NCBI GenBank assembly: GCA_964467175.1
Contig: CAYXNY010000049.1
Location: 1-54,749 of the forward strand
DNA: 54,749 nucleotides
Reading direction: 5' to 3'
Source of the DNA: Candidatus Micrarchaeota archaeon
GTDB taxonomy: Archaea; Micrarchaeota; Micrarchaeia; Anstonellales; J096
Part shown: positions 37,989-46,833 of the stretch, piece after piece
Layout of the letters: each line of letters begins with the position of its first letter
How positions within the stretch are numbered: the first letter of the stretch is position 1
Notes under the pieces: model-generated
Told to the model about the DNA's origin: nothing
Seen by the model: only the letters and a program-made list of their open reading frames with translations
Databases searched by the model: none
Translations under genes and position numbers: made by a program

Positions 37989-38473
37989 ATATGGATAAAA
38001 AAACGGTTATTGTGGTCATTCTTGGAATTGCTGCTGTTGCACTTTCTTATTATGTTTATATGAACTCAGATGTAAGGTATATTCTCGTTGATGGAAGGCA
38101 GGAGCTAAACTCTTCAAAATTTGCTGATGATTTTTTGCAGTATAACTGCACATACATAATAATGGATATAAGAGGAATTGAAGACCCATTCAGAAGGAAT
38201 ATACTGCAATGCGGAGTGGACCTTGCCGGCAGCCAGGGCCTTGTGGGGATGGACATGCGTATAATGGGTTTTGATGAAAATGGATGCGTCGATGAAAGTG
38301 GAAACAAAACAATGAGAGAATGCCTGGAAGCAGTAAGCGATGAATGCTATATTTTTTACATAACGAAAGGCCAGAATAAAAGCACTGTTTACGCGGGGCT
38401 GCTTGTGATAGAAGAAGGGGATGTGTATTTTCCTTGCATGATTTCATACTCTGTATCTCAGAAAAGCACCTAA
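37985..38473 (+). CDS. Membrane-anchored hypothetical protein paralogous to the C-terminal domain of the upstream gene
   Basis: N-terminal TM; GTGA overlap with the upstream stop; shared Cys spacing. Confidence 0.75.
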   Translation: MNMDKKTVIVVILGIAAVALSYYVYMNSDVRYILVDGRQELNSSKFADDFLQYNCTYIIMDIRGIEDPFRRNILQCGVDLAGSQGLVGMDMRIMGFDENGCVDESGNKTMRECLEAVSDECYIFYITKGQNKSTVYAGLLVIEEGDVYFPCMISYSVSQKST

Positions 38474-39649
38474 ACCAGCAAAACCCTGAAGGAACTGCAT
38501 TCCTTCAGAAGTGTTTGTTGAGATAACCTCGACCTTTACCTGGTTCTCATTTGCTAGGTCTATTATATATTCGACCAGCGGCTCTGTTTCCTCCTCAAAC
38601 ATGCTTGCTCCGCATTTTTGGCATTTGAAGGGTTCTTTTGGTTTTTCTCTCAGCACCTTTGCTTCCTCGGTTCCGCATGAGCCGCATTTTAGTTTTATAT
38701 GAGAGTATTCCAAGCCTTCCGAAACGAGCACGAGTTCCGCCTGCCTTGTTACTATCGCCTCTTCAACCTGCTTCAAGCCGTATGTCGCAAGCCCTCCCTT
38801 TACAACCTCTTTTATGAACCTTTCAACAAGAGCCTTTTCCTTTATCGCTTCCTGCTCAGCCAAAATCTCTCCGGATTTTGAAACGACATCGTTCACCCCG
38901 TGTTCATCGGCGTAGCCGGTGTCAACGACACCAAGAATTTTATGCTGATAGTTGAAGGGCTTTTCTTTCAGGAAATTTTCTTTCGCAGGCCCAGGTCCGC
39001 CAACAATTATTCCTTTCACCTTTCCCAAAAAAACCTCATCCATCGCTTCTCCTATTCTTCCGTAATAATGCTGGGTTCCTTCTTCTACAATGCGCTGGTA
39101 TCTTCTTGCGCTCTGCCCGCCGACTTTTACCTTTGAGGGGGTTGGGTTGTGCAGCTTTCGCATGATGATCGTTTCTGTTCCCTTCAGGAGCGCAAGGGTT
39201 GCATCCCTTCCGTCCATGACAACTATTCCGTAGACATCCGTGGCTTCAAGCATTCTTTCCAAAGGTTCGAGGAAGAAAGAGGAATCGCATCTGTATATGC
39301 TCACGTTCAGCTTGTACGGTGGCTCGATGGCGAATGTTTTTATATCTGTTTTAGACGGGTCTTCGCTTATGTTTCCGGAGAATATCGCAAGGCCATTGTC
39401 CGGAGTTTTTTTGTATCCCTTCAAAGTTGTTATTATTCTTTCAAGAGCGCCTATAACGTTGTTTCTCGTCTGCTTGCTCTTTATGTTTTCCGCCTGGCTC
39501 ATCTCGCCTCTGAGCTTTGCTGAAACCTCGTTTATGGGATAGCCGACTGGGATATAAACTGAAACGAGCTGGGTTCCGCTCCCTCTGAACTCTTTAAGCA
39601 TGCGGATCTGTTTTTTGAACTCATAAAGTTTTTCGCTTTCTATTTGCAT
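38444..39649 (-). CDS. prf1: Peptide chain release factor aRF1
   Basis: NIKS, YRCDS, GGQSARR motifs. Confidence 0.98.
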   Translation of the reverse strand: MQIESEKLYEFKKQIRMLKEFRGSGTQLVSVYIPVGYPINEVSAKLRGEMSQAENIKSKQTRNNVIGALERIITTLKGYKKTPDNGLAIFSGNISEDPSKTDIKTFAIEPPYKLNVSIYRCDSSFFLEPLERMLEATDVYGIVVMDGRDATLALLKGTETIIMRKLHNPTPSKVKVGGQSARRYQRIVEEGTQHYYGRIGEAMDEVFLGKVKGIIVGGPGPAKENFLKEKPFNYQHKILGVVDTGYADEHGVNDVVSKSGEILAEQEAIKEKALVERFIKEVVKGGLATYGLKQVEEAIVTRQAELVLVSEGLEYSHIKLKCGSCGTEEAKVLREKPKEPFKCQKCGASMFEEETEPLVEYIIDLANENQVKVEVISTNTSEGMQFLQGFAGLGAFLRYRV

Positions 39650-40223
39650 GTTCCTTCGCCCACCTTACTATAAGAGCATGGTATTCGTTAAAAATGTATT
39701 GGTCGCGTGGGAGGTTTTTTTCAAAGAACCGCTGGTAATCCTGGTAGGTTTTTCCAGTGAAAAGCTTGAAATGCTCGCAGAACCTTTTCGTGTACGCATC
39801 CACAACGAATACAGGCCGGTTGAACGCATACAGCAGAATGCTGTCTGCGGTCTCGTTTCCAACACCTTTTACTGAGAGAAGCTCTTTTCTTAACTCTTCC
39901 ACTGAGAGGAAGCGGAGTTTGGGTTTAAGTTCAAGATATTTTTTTGTAATTAATTTTAGGCGCTTTGCCTTCTGATTGTAGAAGCCTGCGGGCTTTAAGA
40001 GTTGTTTTAGTTTTTTCATCGGAAGCGAAAGAATTTTTTCAGGAGAGAGAACGCGCGCATGTTTCAAATTTTTTATTGCTTTCTCAACATTCTTCCACGC
40101 GCAGTTCTGCGTTAGTATTGCGCCGACAATTACCTCATACTGCGTTTCTGCGGGCCACCATTTCTGCGGGCCGTATTTTTTGAGGAGTTTTTTGAAAAGC
40201 GAATGGGGTTTTGTTTTCTTAAT
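39621..40223 (-). CDS. HhH-GPD endonuclease III-related glycosylase, probable ATT start
   Basis: Frame extends upstream of the ORF track to include YGPQKWWPAETQYEVIVGAILTQN; GVGNETADSILLYA, VVDAY. Confidence 0.88.
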   Translation of the reverse strand: MKKTKPHSLFKKLLKKYGPQKWWPAETQYEVIVGAILTQNCAWKNVEKAIKNLKHARVLSPEKILSLPMKKLKQLLKPAGFYNQKAKRLKLITKKYLELKPKLRFLSVEELRKELLSVKGVGNETADSILLYAFNRPVFVVDAYTKRFCEHFKLFTGKTYQDYQRFFEKNLPRDQYIFNEYHALIVRWAKEHANRKRKTL

Positions 40224-40776
40224 AAAAAACCACCTCTCCCGTCGAGAGCATGTACTTTGCCTTTTTTATTTTCAACTCGCCTTTTTCCACAAGCCCTTTA
40301 ACTATCTCGCTTTTTTTCAGGATGTTTTTTTCTACTAGGTCCAGATTGAGCTCGATTGCCTTCTCCACCTCTCCCCCGGCCTTTTTGCACGCCGGCTTTA
40401 TTTTCTTCACTATGTTTTTTATTTTCCCGTGCGCCTCACCGCCTGAGCAGGTTGCTGTAACAGCGCCACATTTCTCGTGCCCAAGAATGAGAAGGAGAGG
40501 TGTTTTGAGATGCTCAACGCCGTATTCTATGCTTCCGAGCGAAACATCATCAACGATGTTGCCGGCAGTCCTTATAACAAAAAGCTCGCCTATGTTTGAA
40601 TCAAATATAAATTCAGGGACGACGCGGCTGTCGCTGCATGTAACTATGGTTACAAACGGCTTCTGACCTGCCAAAACCTCTTTTCTTCGCTCGACAAAAT
40701 TGTACGCCCTCCTTTCTCCTTTAACAAATTTTGCATTTCCTTCCCTTAATTTTGCTACTGCCTCTTCTGCATTCAT
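40219..40776 (-). CDS. Beta-class carbonic anhydrase
   Basis: CSDSRV, RTAGN, GHEKCGAV. Confidence 0.95.
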   Translation of the reverse strand: MNAEEAVAKLREGNAKFVKGERRAYNFVERRKEVLAGQKPFVTIVTCSDSRVVPEFIFDSNIGELFVIRTAGNIVDDVSLGSIEYGVEHLKTPLLLILGHEKCGAVTATCSGGEAHGKIKNIVKKIKPACKKAGGEVEKAIELNLDLVEKNILKKSEIVKGLVEKGELKIKKAKYMLSTGEVVFY

Positions 40777-40844
40777 AGAACCACCCGAAGAAATTCCATT
40801 TGTGGTGTTGTGCTTAAAAATCTTTATCCTGCAAAAAAATAACG

Positions 40845-42587
40845 ATGTGCGGCATTATTGGATATATCGGGGACAAAAAAGCATCAGAGGTCATACTGGA
40901 AGGGATAAAAGCGCTGGAATACAGAGGGTATGATTCTGTGGGAATAGCCGTAATAGGCGAGGATGGAAAAATAATAATAAAAAAAGATAGAGGAATGCTT
41001 GACGAGGTCTCAAAAAAGGTTGATTTTCTAGAGATGGATGGAACTTTAGGAATAGGCCATACAAGATGGGCGACGCACGGCCCTCCGAGCTTCGAAAACG
41101 CGCACCCGCATACAGATTGCGAAGGCAAGGTTGTGCTGGTGCATAATGGGGTGATTGAAAACTATCTGGAATTGCGTGAGGAATTGATGGCAAAGGGGCA
41201 TAAATTTTCTTCCGAAACGGACAGCGAAATAGTCGCACATTTTATAGAGGAGTATAGAAAAAATAGCGAAAATTTTGAAGCGTTTAGGAAGGCGATAAAC
41301 CGGCTGAAGGGTTCATATGCCATAGTATGCATAATCGAAGGAGAAAAAAAGCTGTTTTTGGCGAGAAGGAACAGTCCGCTTATAGTCGGGTTCGGAAAGG
41401 GAGAAATGTTCTGTGCATCAGATTTTACTCCTATGCTGAAGTATACAAAAAAATTTGTTCCGATGGACGAGGAGGAAATCGCTGTTGTTGAGAAGGATGG
41501 GGCAAGGTTTTTTAATCTGCGGGGGAACGAGAGAAAGAAAAAAACAATAGAAATAAAATGGAGCGCTGAGGAAGCAGAAAGGGGAGGGTACCCTCATTAT
41601 ATGGCGAAGGAGATCGAAGAGCAGAAGTACTCTATAAAAGAAAGTTTTATGGTTGACGTAAGAAAAGCAGGCGAGCTTGTCAAAAAATATGAAAAAATAG
41701 ATGTTATTGCGGCTGGAACAAGCCACCATGCAGGCCTTATGCTCAAGTACCTATTTCAGAAAGAGCTCAAGAAAAAGGTTGATGTTGTAATTGCGTCGGA
41801 ATACAGATATGTCGCTTTGCCAGACAAGGAAACTCTTGTGATTGCGATAAGCCAGAGCGGAGAAACCGCAGATACTCTGCAGGCGATAAAATTCGCAAAA
41901 AAACATGGTGCAAAAATATTGGCTATAACAAATGTTGTTGGGTCCAGCATCACAAGGATTGCTGATGAAACCCTGTACATGAACGCTGGACCTGAGATAG
42001 GTGTTGCGGCGACAAAAACATTCACATCCCAATTAGCGGTTGTTTACAAACTAGCTTTTCCAGAGAGAGATTTTTCTTATGTTGCGGATGATGTTGCGGG
42101 ATTGATTGAAAAAATAAGAGAAAAAGCAGAGGAAATCTCCAGAAAGCTAAAGTTTGCAAAGAGCGTTTTCTTCATTGGGAGAGGGATATGCATGCCTATT
42201 GCCTATGAAGGTGCCCTTAAATTCAAGGAAATATCTTACATACACGGCGAGGCCTATGCGGGCGGGGAGCTGAAGCACGGGCCCTTGAGCTTGATAGAAA
42301 AGGGTGTTCCGGTGATTGCTCTTGTGCAGAAAGATGAGACATACGAAAAAATGATAGGAAGCATAAAAGAAGTAAAAGCAAGGGGAGCTTATGTTGTCGC
42401 GATTACGGATAGCGAAGAAATAGGAAATATTGTTGATGATGCAATAGTTGTTGAGTGCAAAGAAAAACTTCTATATCCATTTTATTTTATAATCCCGCTT
42501 CAGCTGATCGCGTACTACACAAGCGTGGAGAGGGGAATAAACCCGGACAAGCCAAGGAATTTGGCAAAATCCGTGACTGTGGAGTAG
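40845..42587 (+). CDS. glmS: Glutamine--fructose-6-phosphate transaminase
   Basis: MCGIIG, GHTRWATHG, SQSGETADT, KPRNLAKSVTVE. Confidence 0.98.
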   Translation: MCGIIGYIGDKKASEVILEGIKALEYRGYDSVGIAVIGEDGKIIIKKDRGMLDEVSKKVDFLEMDGTLGIGHTRWATHGPPSFENAHPHTDCEGKVVLVHNGVIENYLELREELMAKGHKFSSETDSEIVAHFIEEYRKNSENFEAFRKAINRLKGSYAIVCIIEGEKKLFLARRNSPLIVGFGKGEMFCASDFTPMLKYTKKFVPMDEEEIAVVEKDGARFFNLRGNERKKKTIEIKWSAEEAERGGYPHYMAKEIEEQKYSIKESFMVDVRKAGELVKKYEKIDVIAAGTSHHAGLMLKYLFQKELKKKVDVVIASEYRYVALPDKETLVIAISQSGETADTLQAIKFAKKHGAKILAITNVVGSSITRIADETLYMNAGPEIGVAATKTFTSQLAVVYKLAFPERDFSYVADDVAGLIEKIREKAEEISRKLKFAKSVFFIGRGICMPIAYEGALKFKEISYIHGEAYAGGELKHGPLSLIEKGVPVIALVQKDETYEKMIGSIKEVKARGAYVVAITDSEEIGNIVDDAIVVECKEKLLYPFYFIIPLQLIAYYTSVERGINPDKPRNLAKSVTVE

Positions 42588-42588
42588 G

Positions 42589-44721
42589 TCATTTTCCGTT
42601 CTTTTTGTTTTCTTGAACCCATCTAGCCATGTTGTTTATCTCAACGCCAAGCCCGCCGTTGTTCTTTCCATTCCATGCGGCTATATAAGCAAGTATTTCT
42701 TCTGCCTCCTGCCTGTTGAATACAGGGTCTTTTACTAATCTCATCGCAATGAGCACCGGAGCTGACATCTTCTCCTCGCAAACTGCTTCTACTATAGTCC
42801 ATATTAATATCTTCCTTTCCACTCCCTTTTTTCCTTCTAGGATCTTGTTTATATCGGATTCAAATGTAGTTATGCTTCCGGCCATTTCTTTGATTGATTT
42901 TTTGACATCGTTCTTCATGGTGTCGTTATCTATTGCATCCAGCTGGGCGAATGTAGTTATCCCAAGTTTTTGGATGTAAGAAGGATACTTATTTATTTTT
43001 TCAGTTGTTTGGGAGCTCGCCTGTTGTGTTTGGGAACCTTTTATCTCCGCATCAAGAGCCTGCAGCGCTCTTCTCGCTTGGTTGTTCGTCCTAGATTCTA
43101 ATTCAATCGCGCTTCGTATTTTATTTTTTTGAGCTTCTGTATATTTATCGCTTTTGAGAATTGCGTTTAATTTATTCGTTGCATCCGTATTACTTCCATA
43201 ATTTTTAACAAGAAACATGAGCGGCCCTTCAAGCGCTACTTCTGTCTTGCTGTTTGGATTTTTAACCCATTCCGCCCAAGCTTTATCAAAGTCTTTCAGC
43301 GCATTTCCAACCATCTTGCTTGCAAAACTTCCGGCCTTTAACAGGTCTATTTTGCTGAGCTCCTCGTATACTTTTCTCGCGAGCTCGTAGTTTCCGTCGA
43401 CTTCATTCGCAACCCTTGCAACAACATTTTCCATTTCATCGGCCCTAGCGAGCGCAATCGCATTGTAATAGAATGAAGCATAAACAGTCGTTTTATTCTC
43501 AATTTTGCTTTTTACGAACGCATCAAAAACATCAAGGATAGGGAAATGCGAATACAGAGACGCCGAAAGAGCAGCAGGATCGCCGGCAAAAAACTTATAT
43601 CCCTCTATGAATTTTATGCACCTCTCAAGCGCAACTTTCTGTCCTGTCTTCGCCATGTATTTTACTGCTATCTCAGGCGCGCAATATGTAAACTCAGCGC
43701 ACTTCTGCACAAGCTCTAAATATCTTTCAAGCCCAACCCTTCCGCCCGCATACTCTTTGAAATAATTCTGCAAAACATTTTCTGGGTTTGAACCGGAGTT
43801 TTTTGCCAAACCAACTACAGTGTCCGCGCTCGGATAAAAGCCCGCGCCATAGAGCAAAAAGCATTTTGATGCATACTGGTCTGCCGCGCCGTTTGAGTTC
43901 CCAAACTGGGAAATTATAAACCATCTCGCAAGGTCTTTTGTCATTCCTCCGCTAACCTTTTGATAAACAGCCTCCCCAACCCTTTCCATGTTCGCTGGCT
44001 TTTCGTTTTGGTTTGATACCTTGACCAACCCATCGAGCAACCCAACCATGTAAGGAAGGTTTTTCCAAAGGTTTTCATTCGCAACAAGCTCGCTCATGAC
44101 CATTACTCTATTTCCGCAGAGAGAAAGCGCATCCACAACTTCTCCTGGCTCCCCCACTGCCTGCTGGCCAAGAGAAACAAGCTCCACTGCTTTACTCAAA
44201 CCATAAGAGGTTCTTGTTCCAGCCATTCGCCCCACTGCTTTTAGAGGGTCTATTTTCTTATACAAAGCAAAATTAAATACCGTATTTACCCAACCCTCCT
44301 CGCCAGTTTTTCTTTTAACAAAAGAAAGCGCAGTATCAACAGGGCAGCCGATCCCGCCCCAAACGGCAACTGCGGTATCTATAGGAACTATTCCCAAACC
44401 TATCATCGCCGCAAGATATCCTCCTGCCTCCCATTCCATCTTTTCATGGTAGTTTTTATAGCTCACGAGCGCCATAAAATATCTCGCTTCTTCCCTATTC
44501 TGAGTTTGCATAATCCATTCTCCATAGTCTACGAGTGCCTTCTTTTTTTCGGTAGTTTTTTTTGCGCCCATAAACGCTGTTCTCAACTTGAGCCCGGTGC
44601 TGTCGACCTGGGCGACTTGCTCGCTTGGCTGAGGCTCTTGAGCATGCAAAAACTTAGGTATCCCTATACACGCAGACCCAAGAATAATTCCTCCGGCGAT
44701 TAGCATGTTCCTTATTTTCAT
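42589..44721 (-). CDS. Large secreted alpha-helical hypothetical protein
   Basis: Signal peptide ending LHA-QE; 710 aa; no recognised family. Confidence 0.75.
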   Translation of the reverse strand: MKIRNMLIAGGIILGSACIGIPKFLHAQEPQPSEQVAQVDSTGLKLRTAFMGAKKTTEKKKALVDYGEWIMQTQNREEARYFMALVSYKNYHEKMEWEAGGYLAAMIGLGIVPIDTAVAVWGGIGCPVDTALSFVKRKTGEEGWVNTVFNFALYKKIDPLKAVGRMAGTRTSYGLSKAVELVSLGQQAVGEPGEVVDALSLCGNRVMVMSELVANENLWKNLPYMVGLLDGLVKVSNQNEKPANMERVGEAVYQKVSGGMTKDLARWFIISQFGNSNGAADQYASKCFLLYGAGFYPSADTVVGLAKNSGSNPENVLQNYFKEYAGGRVGLERYLELVQKCAEFTYCAPEIAVKYMAKTGQKVALERCIKFIEGYKFFAGDPAALSASLYSHFPILDVFDAFVKSKIENKTTVYASFYYNAIALARADEMENVVARVANEVDGNYELARKVYEELSKIDLLKAGSFASKMVGNALKDFDKAWAEWVKNPNSKTEVALEGPLMFLVKNYGSNTDATNKLNAILKSDKYTEAQKNKIRSAIELESRTNNQARRALQALDAEIKGSQTQQASSQTTEKINKYPSYIQKLGITTFAQLDAIDNDTMKNDVKKSIKEMAGSITTFESDINKILEGKKGVERKILIWTIVEAVCEEKMSAPVLIAMRLVKDPVFNRQEAEEILAYIAAWNGKNNGGLGVEINNMARWVQENKKNGK

Positions 44722-44748
44722 AGTTATAGTTTATGAATAATAATGTTT

Positions 44749-45846
44749 TTAAACATATCTGCTCTGGGAGAGTATTTCTCTTATGCTCGCATCTGTTTTG
44801 AAGCCCGTAGGAGAAAAATGCGTCCTGCTTGCCTCAAAACCTTTCTTTTTCAGAGTTTTAATAATATCGTCAGTCCTGCTGGGTGCTATTCCATAAACTT
44901 TTGCGATTCCATGCGTATCGAAAAAGTAGGGAATATCAAGCTCTTCATACAATAAATTTAGAAATTTTTCTGGCATTTCTTTGCCTTTATACTCTCTTTT
45001 TTTGTTTAAAGCAAGCATTTTTTTTATTGTTTTTTTGTCGTTTATTTCCCCCAGCCAAAGTTCTCCTCCATAATCGCTCATCTTTCCGCATAAACTGCAT
45101 GTTTTTTCCATGGTTTTTCCGCAGGTTGTATTCAAGCACGCCGAGCAGAAGCTTACATAACCCATCTGCCCTAGGTTTTCATCTGCTTTTTTTGCCCCCT
45201 TTTCCAATTTTATTATTGTTTTCATTTGATGGCGGTAATAGAAGGAGAGCAAGGGCCTTATACCGAAATTAAACTCATGCGATATTCTTGCAACAAAGTT
45301 TATGAGAATGCGCAGGCCTGTCTCGTGGCAGAAGTAATTTCGCATAGGTTTTGAGTGGTAATTCTTTAAGCACGCCTTTTTATTCGCACCGCACAAAACA
45401 GCCGTATCCGTCGCGGTTATTGAAAGATAGCCGGACTTTAGGTTTCTCAGCGCGCGCACGGCAAAATAAACATACGGTGTTGGGGTTCCAAAAGGGTCTA
45501 ACTCTATAAAATTATATTCGTTCGTCGCATTGAAAAGAAACCTGTTTATGTCTTCCCTGAAAACCCCTGCCTTTATTCCATTTTTATTTAGTCCTTTTTT
45601 GATGCATTCTACTGCCGCCTCATAAACATCAACAAACGAAACCTTTTCCACATTCTTATTTTCCATTTTATACCTCATGCCACGGATGCCAGAAGCAGCC
45701 ATGCCATCAAGAACGAATAGTTTTTCATTCAGAACCCCCACCAATAAAGAAGAAAGTGTCCTGCTCAGCTCCATGTGCGGATTGTAGAAAACGTCTTCTG
45801 CAAGGAAAAATTTTGTTCCTTGTTCATTTAAAATTTTAAATTCCAT
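44749..45846 (-). CDS. trm1: tRNA (guanine26-N2)-dimethyltransferase
   Basis: VFYNP.M...R, DGMAASGIRG.RY, LDPFGTP, TATDTAVLCG, RTHFSPTGFKTDA. Confidence 0.95.
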   Translation of the reverse strand: MEFKILNEQGTKFFLAEDVFYNPHMELSRTLSSLLVGVLNEKLFVLDGMAASGIRGMRYKMENKNVEKVSFVDVYEAAVECIKKGLNKNGIKAGVFREDINRFLFNATNEYNFIELDPFGTPTPYVYFAVRALRNLKSGYLSITATDTAVLCGANKKACLKNYHSKPMRNYFCHETGLRILINFVARISHEFNFGIRPLLSFYYRHQMKTIIKLEKGAKKADENLGQMGYVSFCSACLNTTCGKTMEKTCSLCGKMSDYGGELWLGEINDKKTIKKMLALNKKREYKGKEMPEKFLNLLYEELDIPYFFDTHGIAKVYGIAPSRTDDIIKTLKKKGFEASRTHFSPTGFKTDASIREILSQSRYV

Positions 45847-45921
45847 ATGGATAAAGGAAATGACGATTTTTAAAAGATTTGGGCATTGCTTTTTAAATAT
45901 TGTGTATAATAATATACCAAT

Positions 45922-46833
45922 ATGTATAAAAGATTTGGAGGAGGACGAGGACACAATCCCGGAGGCCGCAACTATTTTCCGCGAAAAGACCCTCTCCCTG
46001 ATAGGAACGACCCAAAGGAAATAATCATGAATGAACCGAAAGGAGCTTTCAAAAAAGGCGAGTATGAAACTGCTCTTGCATCAGTTGATAAAATTTTAAA
46101 AAAAAATCCAAATGACATTTTTGCCATTTCTTTCAAAATAAAAATATTGGGATCAATGGGTAGGGTTGAAGAAGCTAGGAAGATATTTGATGAGGCTGTT
46201 AGAGAGGGGATAGTGGATGTTGTGACTTATAATTCTATGATAGATGCTTATGGGAAGAAGGGTTTAGTTGAAGAAGCAAGAGAGATATTCAATAAGGCCG
46301 TTGAAAAAAGGATAGTGGATGTTGTGACTTATACTTCTATGATGGACATCTACTACAAAAGCAAGTTTTATGATGAGATAGAGAAATTACTGCAAGCAGC
46401 GCCAGAAAACATAAGAAATTCTCCTCTTATATTTTTGATGAAGCAAGATGCTATGAGGAAGCAGGGAAAAAGAGATGATGTGATTAAAAATATTGAGCAG
46501 TTCCTTAAAGAAAATTACCGCACCCAAAATTATGGAGATGATGTGTACGTGTTGGCGAAGGTTATTCTAGCTTACTCGCTGAAAGATAGCAGAAGAGGGG
46601 ATGAAGCGGTTGAAATTTTTGAAGAACTAAAAAGAAATACGCCTATAAGTAACAAAAGCTATATCAGGATACTTTGCGGGTATGTTTTTGCTAAGAACGG
46701 AGATATCGAAGAGGAAGAAAAGAATAGAATAGTTAAGTTATTGACTATTGCGCTTATAGAAGGAAACGGGAATGAGGCAGATATACAAAATGCTCTTGAT
46801 ATTCTCAACAAAAGGGTCAATAACTCTTCATAA
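45922..46833 (+). CDS. TPR/pentatricopeptide-repeat-like protein
   Basis: DVVTYNSMIDAYGKKGLVEEAREIF and DVVTYTSMMDIYYK match the PPR consensus; preceded by a TPR-like unit and a Gly/Arg-rich N-tail. Confidence 0.85.
   Translation: MYKRFGGGRGHNPGGRNYFPRKDPLPDRNDPKEIIMNEPKGAFKKGEYETALASVDKILKKNPNDIFAISFKIKILGSMGRVEEARKIFDEAVREGIVDVVTYNSMIDAYGKKGLVEEAREIFNKAVEKRIVDVVTYTSMMDIYYKSKFYDEIEKLLQAAPENIRNSPLIFLMKQDAMRKQGKRDDVIKNIEQFLKENYRTQNYGDDVYVLAKVILAYSLKDSRRGDEAVEIFEELKRNTPISNKSYIRILCGYVFAKNGDIEEEEKNRIVKLLTIALIEGNGNEADIQNALDILNKRVNNSS
46114..46419 (+). repeat. Three tandem 102-bp (34-aa) PPR-like units
   Basis: Unit starts at 46114, 46216 and 46318; 46208-46241 and 46310-46343 match at 33/34 nt. 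Confidence 0.85.

Noticed and set aside
38444-39649. Stop-codon reassignment
   Set aside because: aRF1 motifs are canonical, and TAA, TAG and TGA all terminate conserved genes at the expected lengths.
40145-40172. 12-bp direct repeat TTTCTGCGGGCC, two copies
   Set aside because: It lies within conserved coding sequence (GPQKWWPAE) in different frames and is probably coincidental.
40777-40844. Possible glmS ribozyme
   Set aside because: The divergent intergenic region is only 68 bp and has no ribozyme core.
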